A DNA stretch of 64,000 bases, from the NCBI GenBank assembly GCA_950097015.1, contig CATNEN010000001.1:9424001-9488000 (forward strand), given 5' to 3'. The position numbers and the translations under genes are program-made. This document shows, piece after piece, positions 1-13,500 of this stretch (within the stretch, counting starts at the first letter, position 1; each line of letters opens with the position of its first letter). The notes under the pieces were generated by a model. That model was not told where the DNA came from, searched no databases, and was given only the letters and a program-made list of their open reading frames with translations. This stretch comes from Macrostomum hystrix (taxonomy: Eukaryota > Animalia > Platyhelminthes).

Positions 1-475
1 CTCGACAAAGATTTTCCAGAGGGAGGAAAATCATAGCGCGCTGTGCTTCCCTTGATTAAACGTCCACACCGTTCTTGATTAAAGTGCAACAGTAAACAAT
101 ACGATTTTTTGTTTGCGCGAGAATACAAAAAAGGAGTGTTAATAAACTAAGCTCAACTCAACACAGCCCAAGCTGCCAGGATTTTCCTCAGACGAAATCT
201 CTAAAGTTTTGAGAGAAAGTATTAGATTTTAAAAAAATTCGCCGAGTTTGGACAGTCTTGTCAAAAAAGTCAAAAACAGAAATATGATACAAAAAATTAT
301 TTAACTATGGGTGACTCCTGAGTACATAACATGCTGTACCTTTTACATTAAAAAAATGTACTCCAAAAACACAGACTGATACAATCGCTTTCTAACGACA
401 CCAAGATCATAATGATTGTTTGAGTAGTTTTTTAGTGACATGCTAAAGCAAAAGATGGAACACCCGGAAAATGGC

Positions 476-2017
476 TTAAACATAGGCTCGGATATCCGAC
501 AAGAAGTCATCGGGAGTCAACAATGAAGTTTGAGTTGATTGGTTAGATGGCCCAATTCTGCCGTCGCCAGATTGATGAATACCTTCAACAAGACCGCCCT
601 CGTCAAGCAAGCTATCAGAGGTGGCCTGGTCTTCGAATGCATCCCCCAGTTCAATTAGTGGCGCTGACAGCTTTACGCTGACAAATCTAAAAAAGATCAG
701 TACAAACGCCGCTTCAATTGTCATAAAAAGATAGGCTATGTACAAATCGTTCCACTTCCCAAACACGGGTTTTAGAATCGGCTTCTTGATCGGATAGTTC
801 ATCATCACAGCAGCTGCAACACCAGCAATGCCGGCTCCGACAGCCCACATGGTGAACAATAGCCCCATGACCAGGTTTTTATTACCAGCCGGGGCAACCA
901 GGAACATCAGCTCGTAGCCAGCCGCCAAAGCCAAGGCGTTCGCGATGCCGTCCACAGTGGAGGCCGCACTGTAGACAGTGTGAACCAGCCACGGGTCCGG
1001 TGACGTCAAAGTCTCGCTGGCAGTTTTAGCAGCCCAGGTGTGCCAGGGAATCATGGCAGCCTGACACAGCAGCAGCAAAGCAGCGCCTGAGCAGAAGCGG
1101 ACATTGATTCGACCTTCCCTACTCAACCAGCCGAGTCCATAGCAGCCGGCTAACAGAAGGAGCGTCAACATCGTGGCTGAGTTATAGCCAATGAGCACCT
1201 CTGAACACGCGTCTCTGGTGGAGTTGGCAGTCGTGTAGTTCAGGTAGTAGTTGATCTCCATGCAGTACGTCAAACCACGAATTGACGCAATAATTGTCAC
1301 AAGCAGTACGAGAGGAGCCAGCAGAATGAAGTAGCGCAAAAGTCTGGCTCTCGTAGGGAACTGGAAGCTACCTGACAAGCTGTATTGTGCGCAGTTCGGA
1401 TAACTGGCCCAGTCAAGCTGAAGTGCAAAAGATGCCGCAACATACACCAAGGACGAGAAGCAAATAATCCAGTTCAGGTTAACTTCCGTTCGAATTAATC
1501 TTGGCGCCAATCCAGTAAGTTCTCCTAACGACGCAGCAAAGTAGTACACAACCAGACCGGGTGTCGGGCTGCCAAACTGACCTTGCGACACCTTCATGGG
1601 CGCTGCCAGCAATGGAGCGACGCCGATTCCGTTGGCCAAGCAGCTCGGCACGAGACAAACCAGGTAGACAGTTGGCAGGCAGACAATCTTAGCCAGATCG
1701 ATTGCGGTCACAACAATTGACGAAAGCAGGAGAAGGCCACCAGCGGCGCGAAGTAGTCGAACGTCGCAGATCCACTTGTCTGCAACCAGGCCGCCCAGAG
1801 CAGGTAGGAAGAACTCCACCAGGTAAATAACAATGCCGTATGAGTACGGATTTCCGTCGCTTTTTCCAACAAAGTCGCATTGGTGATCGTGTTCATTCCA
1901 AACAAAGTCTGTTACGCGAATATTACGCACCGCGTTGAAATTGAACGACATGCTTACTCGCATGAAGAACAGAATGACGAAACAATGCTGCCAGGTGCCT
2001 GGTCTAATCCAGCTCAT
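476..2017 (-). CDS. MFS transporter, SLC15/POT (PTR2)-like, uninterrupted CDS (513 aa)
   Basis: About 11-12 hydrophobic segments. GGLVADKW matches POT TM2 'GG.LAD.W.G'. GYELMFLVAPAGNKNLVMGL matches SLC15 'GLEF.YS.AP..MKS...GL'. Acidic, Ser-rich C-tail. Splice acceptor tctcag|G about 40 nt upstream of the ATG (2058/2059). Confidence 0.75.
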   Translation of the reverse strand: MSWIRPGTWQHCFVILFFMRVSMSFNFNAVRNIRVTDFVWNEHDHQCDFVGKSDGNPYSYGIVIYLVEFFLPALGGLVADKWICDVRLLRAAGGLLLLSSIVVTAIDLAKIVCLPTVYLVCLVPSCLANGIGVAPLLAAPMKVSQGQFGSPTPGLVVYYFAASLGELTGLAPRLIRTEVNLNWIICFSSLVYVAASFALQLDWASYPNCAQYSLSGSFQFPTRARLLRYFILLAPLVLLVTIIASIRGLTYCMEINYYLNYTTANSTRDACSEVLIGYNSATMLTLLLLAGCYGLGWLSREGRINVRFCSGAALLLLCQAAMIPWHTWAAKTASETLTSPDPWLVHTVYSAASTVDGIANALALAAGYELMFLVAPAGNKNLVMGLLFTMWAVGAGIAGVAAAVMMNYPIKKPILKPVFGKWNDLYIAYLFMTIEAAFVLIFFRFVSVKLSAPLIELGDAFEDQATSDSLLDEGGLVEGIHQSGDGRIGPSNQSTQTSLLTPDDFLSDIRAYV

Positions 2018-2506
2018 TGCTTGAGTTTAAGTTGGTTTCTGCTTGTCTTTGGAAGCACCTGAGATTAAAGCGCAAAGGAAATGCTTCAAGTTTTCTAAAG
2101 ACACGAATACATTTCGGTTGCTCAAAAAGCTACAGCTAGAGAATAACAAAAATTGTGCTTTAAGACTGACGAAAAGAAATGTTTAAATACTTTCCGAAGG
2201 TCTCATTCATGACCCTATAGTGGCCCATTGTTACTTGTAATTTTGCCCTGGTGAAATGTTATAGGCCATGCTTACGAGTAGTTAATAAAATTAAATTCGA
2301 CGTACCTAAAGAAGTAAATTGAATATGTTTTCCGGCCAAAATACATTTCATTATATTTTTTAGAGATAAAAAATACAAATAATGAAATTATTAAGCAGTA
2401 AAAATATTAAAAACGTGGGTCAGGTAGTAGCACCTGTGTTGCACAGTAGCAGCTTATTGCGCAAACCCACCAAACCCAAACCCACCCCACTGTTGACAGA
2501 AGGGTT

Positions 2507-2822
2507 GTAGGCAATGGCACATCATTTGGTGACACTAGACCAGCAGCCAGCGAGGAGGCAATTCTGCCCATTTTGCTGACTCCTGAGCACACACGCATAC
2601 AGATACTGTACGCAGGCACACGCTAACACAGGTGTGTACATCTGTCCTGACTTGCTCATCGTCAGACAGTGTACACTCTCATTGTTCCTTGGAGGTTGGT
2701 CCTCAAGGGCGTACATTGCAAGACAAGCCCCCAAGCCTTCTCTACGCAACTGCGCCCCAAATGAATGTGGCCTCGCCGATTAATCAAACTCATGGACCTT
2801 GGTGCGAGAAGTAAAAAACGTT
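2507..2822 (-). mobile_element. tRNA-derived SINE family A, copy with eroded head
   Basis: Colinear with the copies at 19013 and 24600 (CAGCCAGCGAGGAGGCAATTCTGCCCATT...CCTTGGAGGTTGG...GACCTTGGTGCGAGA). Confidence 0.85.
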
Positions 2823-3379
2823 TCTTAGGTGTTGAGTCTAAGGACTGAAGGACTCAGGTTGTTTATCCCTTGGGTTAAGATTTGAACATCCGACCTCTCA
2901 GTTAGAAGTCCTGAGCATTAAAAACTCAACGTGTGGATAGTCAGTACAATTAGAAAATAGATTTAAAGCAAAAATGGTATAAAACTTACAAGAAATCCTG
3001 TTGCCAATTGACCAAATTTCATTGCAGCCAGATTTTACGACAATGAACATATTGTACTTTATTATTCGTAAATCTTTTGCCTGACGATCGTATATAAGCC
3101 GTGTCACTAACTCGATTCCAGTAGGTAACTCACTGAGCAACTGCATCAGCTAATGATAACGGTCGCAGATTTGCTGCGGAGATAAGGAGGAAGTTACTAA
3201 GGTAGTAAACAAATATTACTTATAACGACACCATTCGCTTCAAGATAATTTGGAGGCCATGTTTTCATGACCATCATGGCACTGCGGCCTGTAGTGTATT
3301 CGTGAGTGCTTCAAACATTTCCTAAAATAGAAAAGCTTCTAAAACTCTTTCGTAGATTTTAAATTAAAAGCTTGTAAGC

Positions 3380-5190
3380 ATCTGCCCCTTTAACCATCCG
3401 CCCCTTAACCATCCGCCCCTTTAACCATCCGCCCCTTAACCATCCGCCCCTTAACCATCCGCCCCTTTGACCATCCGCCCCTTTAACCATCCGCCCCTTT
3501 AACCATCCGCCCCTTTAACCATCCGCCCCTTTAACCATCCGCCCCTTTAACCATCCGCCCCTTAACCATCCGCCCCTTTAACCATCCGCCCCTTTAACCA
3601 TCCGCCCCTTAACCATCCGCCCCTTCACCCATCCGCCCCTTAACCATCCGCCCCTTAACCATCCGCCCCTTAAACCATACGCCCCTCAAACCATCCGCCC
3701 CTTAACCATCCGCCCCTCAAACCATCCGCCCCTTAAACTATCTGCCCCTCAAACCATCCGCCCCTTTAACCATCCGCCCCTTAACCATCCGCCCCTTAAC
3801 CATCCGCCCCTTTAACCATCCGCCCCTTTAACCATCCGCCCCTTTAACCATCCGCCCCTTTAACCATCCGCCCCTTTAACCATCCGCCCCTTAACCATCC
3901 GCCCCTTTAACCATCCGCCCCTTTAACCATCCGCCCCTTAACCATCCGCCCCTTCACCCATCCGCCCCTCAAACCATCCGCCCCTTAACCATCCGCCCCT
4001 CAAACCATCCGCCCCTTAAACTATCTGCCCCTCAAACCATCCGCCCCTTTAACCATCCGCCCCTTAACCATCCGCCCCTTAACCATCCGCCCCTTTAACC
4101 ATCCGCCCCTTTAACCATCCGCCCCTTAAACCATCCGCCCCTTTAACCATCCGCCCCTTTAACCATCCGCCCCTTTAACCATCCGCCCCTTAACCATCCG
4201 CCCCTTCACCCATCCGCCCCTTAACCATCCGCCCCTTAACCATCCGCCCCTTAAACCATACGCCCCTCAAACCATCCGCCCCTTAACCATCCGCCCCTCA
4301 AACCATCCGCCCCTTAAACTATCTGCCCCTTAAACCATCCGCCCCTCAAACTATCCGCCCCTCAAACGATCCGCCCCTCAAACCATCCGCCCCTTAAACC
4401 ATCCGCCCCTTAACCATCCGCCCCTTAAACCATACGCCCCTCAAACCATCCGCCCCTTCACCCATCCGCCCCTTAACCATCCGCCCCTTAACCATCCGCC
4501 CCTTAAACCATACGCCCCTCAAACCATCCGCCCCTTAACCATCCGCCCCTTAACCATCCGCCCCTTTAACCATCCGCCCCTTTAACCATCCGCCCCTTAA
4601 ACCATCCGCCCCTTTAACCATCCGCCCCTTTAACCATCCGCCCCTTTAACCATCCGCCCCTTAACCATCCGCCCCTTCACCCATCCGCCCCTTAACCATC
4701 CGCCCCTTAACCATCCGCCCCTTAAACCATACGCCCCTCAAACCATCCGCCCCTTAACCATCCGCCCCTCAAACCATCCGCCCCTTAAACTATCTGCCCC
4801 TTAAACCATCCGCCCCTCAAACTATCCGCCCCTCAAACGATCCGCCCCTCAAACCATCCGCCCCTTAAACCATCCGCCCCTTAAACCATACGCCCCTCAA
4901 ACCATCCGCCCCTTAACCATCCGCCTCTTAACCATCCGCCCCTTAAACTATCCGCCCCTCAAACCATCCGCCCCTCAAACCATCCGCCCCTCAAACGATC
5001 CGCCCCTCAAACCATCCGCCCCTTAAACCATCCGCTCCTCAAACCATCCGCCCCTCAAACCATCCGCCCCTCAAACCATCCGCCCTCAAACTATCCGCCC
5101 CTCATACTATTCACCCTTAACCTGTTCGCCCCTCATACCATCCGCCCATCAAGCCCCTCAAACTACCCGCCCCTCAAACGATCCGTCTCA
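3380..5190. repeat. Minisatellite, 15-16 bp unit CCATCCGCCCCTT(T)AA, >100 copies
   Basis: Directly visible tandem array. Variant markers recur 471 bp apart (4319/4790, 4364/4835). Confidence 0.97.
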
Positions 5191-5869
5191 AGCAATTGAT
5201 CCCTCAAACAGTTTTTCATGCTTTACACGAAAAAAAAAATATATAGTGCTAAGTTGCAGCTTGCTCTACTGTCAGTAGAAATATGCGACTCTACAATAAA
5301 CAATGTGGAGTCAATACATTACAAAAAAGATTTCTATCTTGCGCTACACAAAAACCTCCGTCGAGGGACGTGGCCTTGTTTATTCTGTCCCAATGTCTTC
5401 CATTATTGGGTTCATCTAGATCTATGTTACTGAGGGTTCAGCGTTTTAACGATTCAAGTGCCAATCTTCCAGAAATCACGATGCCCCATTTTCTATGTAA
5501 ATCGAAGTTTCAGTTGATTATAAAAGCACTGACAAATACAGATAACCAACTGTGTGTTTATAGGGCCAGTCTCGCTAGCTTTTAAGTAGCATAGCGATTG
5601 CTATTTTTTTAAACTTGCCTTGAAATTTAAATGTCAATCAAAAATGTCTGCATGTCTTAACGACTCGAAAGGTATGGCTACCGATTGCTAACCTACCAAT
5701 CTACCAATAACCTACCAATAAGTATCAGTATTTTCGATTTTGCACGGACGGTGCTAAACTCTGATGAAGCTATTTATTTCTATCAATATCTTGCATCCGT
5801 TTCGTTTCATTGGCTCCAACTTAGTTTTCAGGATAGATTTCGCAGGAATGAGCAGTCCAGATGAGCAGA

Positions 5870-6098
5870 CGCAGCTATTGCGCGGCGCATCTGAAGGCTG
5901 CGTGCAGCTGTTCAGTCCATGGACTGGGGGACGCCACACCCTCCTTCAGTTACACCAGCTAATGCTGGCACCCATTTAACAGCTGGATGGAACTGAAGCA
6001 ATCTTGCTATAGGACACAAATTGCTCCAGTGGAGTCGGGAATCGAACCCCCGACAGTCAAGTCGTGAGTCCGATGCACTAACCACAAGGCTACAACCT
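5870..6098 (-). mobile_element. tRNA-derived SINE family B with CORE-like domain
   Basis: Minus strand: A box (TAGCCTTGTGG), B box (GGTTCGATTCC), then GTGTCC..GCAAG..TTGCTTCAGTTCCATCCAGCTGTTAAATGGGTGCC, resembling the CORE-SINE central domain. Homologous copy at 17130. Confidence 0.8.
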
Positions 6099-7354
6099 CT
6101 GCTGCAGCCTTGTGCTAGGAGTGCCAGGAGTGCAAGGAGCATGCACACTGCTTGTTCAGACCTACCTGTGTATTTTTTATCCCGATAATTATATAGTTAG
6201 GCTACGAGATTTTTCTGCAGCGCGTGTTGTTGCAGAAATCAGCAACTTAGCAACTTCCTTCCTCCTGTTGGCTAACAAGATCAAAAGGATTCGCCGACTT
6301 GGGCTACTTGTTCGACAACCGCGGACGGCCTCGCCTTTCAAACCTTCATCCTTGCGCATCCTTCTATGATTTTTGCACTATATAGGAAATAATGAAAACA
6401 GCTGAAGTCAGGGAGTGTGTGTGTGAGTTGCGTGCGTGCGTGCTTCTTAACACCCAAGTCAGTAATTACGAGTAAGGATGTAGCGTGATTTGTTGTCGGG
6501 TCTGTTGATTTCGAATGAAGAACGTAGCGACTGGACGGTACTTTTACAATTTTAAAATTTTTAGTTCAGTTGAAACTGAACGAACGAGAGATCGTAAAAC
6601 TTCATGTGATATTTCATTCTTTCGACGAAAGCGCTCAGACTAATTTCTACCGCGTTCTTTAATTATTGAATGCGTCAAAACTGACAACAAAAATTTATTG
6701 ACCCTTTTGTTTAAAATCATATATTTTATCCCTTTTGCCCCTTTTGCAGATAATATACTACAGTGTTACTTTCTGTAGCATAAGTACCTTAAAGTACCTC
6801 TAATGTAAGATTCAAAAAGAATCTTTTTCTTTCTTACCAAAGTTAGAATTGTAATCGAAGTCTTGCATTTTTTGGAAACTGAAGTTTAAATCAGTGGAAT
6901 CAAGTTATGACTGGCGTGACTCATTCACTGTCATACACACTCATGAACAAACCATGCGGCTATTATCGCATCTGTTACGAAGCTAATGCTGTGGCAAACA
7001 TTTTTTCCCAGGGGAAAATTGCACTTCTTGTTGCCCCCCGGCAGTTCCCAATACGCAAGTGGAGCCGAACAACTGCAGCCGAATTGTCTGGGGAAGTGAA
7101 TTACCCTTTTTTCAACAATTCTTTTTGCTTGTGCTTTGGCGAAGCAGAAGACGAACTGCAGGCCAACTGGGCCAGGAATGAAAGGGCAATGAGAGGCTGT
7201 GACAGCCTGTCATCCTAGATTTTGGACGCCGCCAGCGCTACTTGGCTTCCTAGGGAAATGTGGCATATGACGAATCTATAGATATAGAAAAGGTTAGAAA
7301 GTCCCGACCTGACCAACAAGATGGGCATTTTAGGATTAGATCACATCAGGTTTT

Positions 7355-8975
7355 TGAATCGTAACAGGAAACGTCGGTAGAATCGTAGCAGGAAACGTCG
7401 GTAGAATCGTAGCAAGAAACGTCGGTAGAATCGTAGAAGGAAACGTCGGTAGAATCGTAGCAAGAAACGTCGGTAGAATCGTAGCAGGAAACGTCGGTAG
7501 AATCGTAGCAAGAAACGTCGGTAGAATCGTAGCAAGAAACGTCGGTAGAATCGTAGCAGGAAACGTCGGTAGAATCGTAGCAGGAAACGTCGGTAGAATC
7601 GTAGCAAGAAACGTCGGTAGAATCGTAGCAAGAAACGTCGGTAGAATCGTAGCAGGAAACGTCGGTAGAATCGTAGCAAGAAACGTCGGTAGAATCGTAG
7701 CAGGAAACGTCGGTAGAATCGTAGCAAGAAACGTCGGTAGAATCGTAGCAAGAAACGTCGGTAGAATCGTAGCAGGAAACGTCGGTAGAATCGTAGCAAG
7801 AAACGTCGGTAGAATCGTAGCAAGAAACGTCGGTAGAATCGTAGCAGGAAACGTCGGTAGAATCGTAGCAGGAAACGTCGGTAGAATCGTAGCAAGAAAC
7901 GTCGGTAGAATCGTAGCAAGAAACGTCGGTAGAATCGTAGCAGGAAACGTCGGTAGAATCGTAGCAAGAAACGTCGGTAGAATCGTAGAAGGAAACGTCG
8001 GTAGAATCGTAGCAGGAAACGTCGGTAGAATCGTAACAGGAAACGTCGGTAGAATCGTAGCAGGAAACGTCGGTAGAATCGTAGCAGGAAACGTCGGTAG
8101 AATCGTAGCAAGAAACGTCGGTAGAATCGTAGCAAGAAACGTCGGTAGAATCGTAGCAGGAAACGTCGGTAGAATCGTAGCAGGAAACGTCGGTATAATC
8201 GTAGCAAGAAACGTCGGTAGAATCGTAGCAGGAAACGTCGGTAGAATCGTAGCAGGAAACGTCGGTAGAATCGTAGCAAGAAACGTCGGTAGAATCGTAG
8301 CAAGAAACGTCGGTAGAATCGTAGCAGGAAACGTCGGTAGAATCGTAGCAGGAAACGTCGGTATAATCGTAGCAGGAAACGTCGGTCGAATCTTACCAGA
8401 AAAGTCGTAGAATCGAGCCAGGAAACGTCGGTAGAATCTTACCAGGAAACGTCGGTATTATCGAACCAGGAAACGTTGGTAGAATCGTAGCAGGAAACGT
8501 CGGTTGAATCGTAGCAGGAAACGTCGTTAGAATCGTAGCAGGAAACGTCGGTAGAATTGTAGCAGGAAACGTCGGTAGAATCGTAGCAAGAAACGTCGGT
8601 AGAATCGTAGCAGGAAACGTCGGTTGAATCGTAGCAGGAAACGTCGTTAGAATCGTAGCAGGAAACGTCGGTAGAATCGTAGCAGGAAACGTCGGTAGAA
8701 TCGTAGCAAGAAACGTCGGTAGAATGGAACCAGGAAACGTCGGTAGAATCGAACCAGGAAACGTCGGTATTATCGAACCAGGAAACGTTGGTAGAATCGT
8801 AGCAGTAAACGTCGGTAGAATCGTAGCAGGAAACGTCGGTAGAATCGTAGCAGGAAACGTCGGTAGAATCGTAACAGGAAACGTCGGTAGAATCTTACCA
8901 GGAAACGTCGGTAGAATCTTACCAGGAAACGTCGGTAGAATCTTACCAGGAAACGTCGGTAGAATCGTAGCAAGA
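7355..8975. repeat. Minisatellite, 24-bp unit GAATCGTAGCA(G/A)GAAACGTCGGTA, ~67 copies
   Basis: Directly visible. Accounts for the ORFs with (LLRFYRRF)n and (ATILPTFP)n. Confidence 0.97.
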
Positions 8976-9300
8976 ACCAACTGCTACAGGCTATGATTAG
9001 AAGTAGTGCTCTTGGTCTTAAACTTCTGATGTGTCGGTTGTGGTAAATTTTATTCTAGAAACTTTATTACAAGGTTACAGTTACTTCTGTTAGAATGACT
9101 AACTATACGTTGGCTATATATACATTCAAAAATTTATTTATTTATAGATTTCATGATGTTTTTTGTGAAATGACGTAAAAATTTGCAGAGAGATCCATTA
9201 GTACTCGTATTTTTGCGATATTCATAAAACAGACAGTTTCAGTTTCTAGTTAAAGTTCGAGCACAAAAATCATATTTGTTTTTTCTTCATCATCATCTGG

Positions 9301-10498
9301 TCAGGTGCAGTGGGCTAGCCTCAAATTGTTATAGTTCCTTGCCGCTGTTACCGCAGCCGCTGCTGATGAATAGGAAGCAATGATGCTGGATTTCTGAGAA
9401 GAGCTGCTGCCTAAAATACGAAAGAAAATTTGGCGTTATATATGACCTCTGAATGCACTCAAAATATTACTAGGCACGATCGGATAATCCAGTGTGGCGG
9501 GAAAAAGAAGCTGTGTTACTATATACTTAAACTTCTCGTAGAATGCGAAATCCACTTTGAAAATTATCTTTCGTCGAGGATGACTATAAGACGTATTCGA
9601 CAATAAGAATAATTGTTAACAATTGCAACAGGGCTTAGGGCAATGGCACATCTGACGATGAGCACACACGCACACAAATGCTGTTAGCAGACACACACTC
9701 ATGCAGGTGTGTACATCTGGCCTGACTTTCTCATCGTGTACACTTCACTGTGCCTTGGAGGTTGGCCCTCAAGGGCGTAAATTGCACGACAAGCTCCCAA
9801 GCCTTCTCTCCGCGGCTGCGCCCCAAATGAATGTGGCCTGGCCGTGGAATCGAGCTCGGAGACCTTGGTGCGAGAGGCAAACGCGGTAACCGCTCTGCCA
9901 CTCACCCCTGACCTAATCGATATTTAGGCTTTAATAAAATGAAATTAACTTTTCTTCTTCCCCTCGTACAAAGGATTCATTAGGTTTTTTGTCCTGATTT
10001 CGTGACCCCTTCATGATTCTTGTGACAATTATCATTTTCTTCTTTTAGTTTAAAACAGAAAGAATTTGTGACGAGAACAGTTTTTTTGTCCATAGTTGTA
10101 GCCACTTGAGTGACAGTTCAATTTCGACCCCAGACTGAAGATAGGCAAATACAATTCGGCCTAATGGCATGGGAATTGATGAAATGCAGACAGCTTGCGT
10201 CCCTTTGACCTGGATTCGGTAGAGATTTTAGTACGAATCGGATCCCTTAATTACCTCTAAATAGCTCTTTTTACTGCGAAAAAAGGAATGAACAGCTCGC
10301 GGATAATTTAAACGAAAACAGGCTTAAATGTTTCATGGTTGCATCGCATGGGCTTCGGACCCAAATTAACGCTTTAGCTTACCTGAACCAACGCTCAGTA
10401 ACGTTCCACCCGCTGTGGCCGTATTGCTGAGGTGATGCATCGGCAGGGGCTTTCTTGGAAGGCTGCCCTGACCCTCCTGCTGAAGCAGCTGCTGTTGC

Positions 10499-10530
<32 letters not shown>

Positions 10531-13500
10531 ATTTTGCGGCAGCGGTGGCGTGGCAAACGCGGTGTCTAGAAGTTGCTCGTTGCTGAAGCTGCGTCCAGCA
10601 TTCGCGGCACCCGACGTTGACTGCTGAAGCGGCGGTAGTTTGACGGTCATCGCAGATGGATCCTCCAACTGATGATAGTGAAGGAGCTGATGCTGAGGCT
10701 GCGGCTGATGCTGAGGCTGCGGCTGATGCTGATGCTGCGGCTGATGCTGATGCTGCATGGATTGCGAACGATTTGAACCTGTCGGAGGCTGAGGCTGATC
10801 ACCAGCGAAGACGTAATAGCACTGCTCAGAGAATGACGCCTTGTTCACCGTGTGCCGAATGAGTCCAGATCGAAGCAGCTGGCAGGCCAGCTTTTTCGCT
10901 TGCCGACGATCGCGGAAGCCTTCAACATGCAGCAGAAGCCAGTCCACCAGTTCACCACCGATGAACGCGCAGGGGATGCGGATCTTCAGCCAGACTCGAT
11001 CGCGCACCTCGAGTCCGCTGTCTGGAAGCCTCAGAGCGCGTACAATATCGCCGCCGTCAGAGTGCACCGTCAGAGCCACTGCAGCTCGCGCTGAGTGATG
11101 CAACTGCTGCAGCTGCTGCAGAGCCAAGTTCGTCGGGCGCTCGAAGTGTCCGCCAGTTTGACGAGCGGCTGCTGCCGCCGCCGTCGCTGCAGCCGTCGAA
11201 GCGGCCGCTGTGGCAGAAGCCGCAGCTGCAAGCCTCGCACTGGATGAACTTGATGAGCTCGACAGCGAGCGACTTCTAGCTGCTGGTCCTCCGGGTGGTG
11301 GCAAAGCGAACGGCATCGGCTGATGCAGCTGGTCTCCGATTAGAGATCCCACATCGCCTTCAGCTTCGTGTCCAGCAAAGTGATTGCTTCGACTGGACTC
11401 TGCTACAATGATGCCATCAGCATTCACTGCCGTCGCAATCGACTGAGGCGGAGTTGCCGCCACTCCAGGCAGTAAGACAACATCCGGGTCGACCAGGGCT
11501 TCTGCCTCTCGCACAGCGTTTGTGTGAAGTATCCAGGCGCGTGGATCTATTGGACGTACCGGCTCTTCCTGAGACACTCGCAAGTACTGACGACAGTTCC
11601 AGGACTTGGCCACCGTCAAACTGATTGGGCCGGCTCGCTGGACCTGCTCTCGAAGAACACGAACCGCGTCGTCGTTCTCCATCCGATCGAACGGAATGCC
11701 GTTGACCTCGAGAATCAGGTCGCCCGGCTGAATGCGGCCATCCTGATGTACCGCGCCGCCCTTCATGATGCTGCCAACGTATATGCCGCCGTCCGCGCCA
11801 CGCCGACTTGCCTGGCCAACAATGCTGATGCCAAGGAACTGCATGGACTCCATGTCCAGCGTCACTGTGATGATGTTCAGCGATAGAGAAGACTCTGTGA
11901 TGCTGCTGAAGGACGACGCCTGAGGGAATGCGGTGTATTCAAAATCAGGTTTCTTATAAAGTATTAAGAATAGAAAGACCACGATCTATTTTGCCAACGG
12001 GGAAAAGACCACGGGCAGTTTAAATTCCCAAACCGAATAACCGATTTTCGTGAAAGTCCATAATTTGGATCAAAATTTAACGTTCGTTTTGATGAACTAA
12101 TTATAAAAGCCGTCCGACGTCAGCATCGTCGAGATACTCAGCGATTCTTGTCGAATACTCTGTTGACAAGGACAGCTAACATTGCTCTGTATATACTGGC
12201 AAATCCATATTGGTTCAATAATAAAGAAACGGAACTATGATAGCCAACTTGGTTACATGATGAAATTTTGCGGGGAAAAATATGCCTTTTGGATTTTGCC
12301 ACCTGACATCCCGACGAGAATCGTTGAATATCTAGACCATGCCGATGTTTGGGATTCTGGAAGTTGTTTCATCGGATAGAGCGGAAATATTTGCGTCATG
12401 ATAGGGATTTTCATGGCGATTGGTTGAGTATTTTAGATTAGTCCTTCAGTAGTTTAAGGCCAAGCTCTAGAGCAGTTGTTAGCTCTAAAATCTTTGCCAG
12501 GAGCGTTAGCTGAACAGCATCCTCAGTCCATGGATTGAACAGTTGTACATGTGGTTTAGGTATCATTTTGGATCTATCTGGGGAAATCGACAAATATATA
12601 TTTTTAAGCGCAAAATTTTACTCCTCAAAGGTGTGGCGCTGCGATGGACGCGTATCACAGAAAGCAAGCAACTGTCTGCGTGGGCGATCAAGCTCAAAGC
12701 AGACAAAAAATCAAACTGTAAGCTGTAAATGCAATGAATTTCCGGGAGAAAAGTCTGCCTGGTCCACAGTTTGAAAGTTGCACTGCATGGTCAAGTCTGG
12801 ACCCGCCAAGCGAAAGTAGGCGGATATGCAATGCAAAAAGCATGTTCGTCCCAGACGTTTTCTAAACGTAAATACTCGTAGACGGAAGAACAAGCTTGAA
12901 GTCTGAAGCGGTTTTTGTACTTTTTTGCTTCGAAGCTGCATAAACTAGCAGAGAAAGTGTGCCATATTGAAACACAAAATAACCACCGCATGGTTCCATA
13001 TAGTAAAGTCACTTCGACGCATAATTTTGTACTTGTAATGGATGTTCCAGTATTTTATGACGGCATAGATAGCAAGTTTTATTCCTGTAAAAACATCGCA
13101 TAACGCATGGCAGTGATAACGTCCGAAAGGCATAGAAGCATAGCTTTTCGCGTTGAATTTAAGAAAAACAGCGTTCAATTTATAGGTATTACGAACTGTG
13201 GATCGCTTGGGTTGGCATAGCGGTCTACCGCGTTTGCCTCTCGCACCAAGGTCCCTGAGCTCGATTCCGCAACGAGGCCACATTCAATAGGGTGGAATAT
13301 ACGCCTCTGAGGGCCAACCTCCAAGACACGGTGAAGTGTACACTGCCTGACGATGAGAAAGTCAGATGTACACACCTGTGTGAGCGTATGTATGCGTACA
13401 GTATCTGAGTGCGTGTGTGCTCAGAAGACAACGGAATGGGAAGAATTGCCTTCTCGCTGGCTGCGGGTCTAATGTCACCAAAAGATGTGCTAATGCCGGC

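Noticed and set aside
7341-8980. ORFs of (LLRFYRRF)n, resembling a cationic antimicrobial polyprotein, and (ATILPTFP)n
   Set aside because: Translations of a 24-bp satellite that is open in several frames; no ATG start context, signal peptide or unique coding flanks.
12180-13110. Short ORFs in the dvl intron as a nested gene or DIX exon
   Set aside because: No recognisable motif, wrong position for DIX, and no consistent splice-phase chain.
13340-13375. CUGACGAUGAGAAAG as a possible hammerhead core in SINE A
   Set aside because: No stem II or stem III/NUH geometry, and GAAA is not conserved in other copies (e.g. GAGCAAG).
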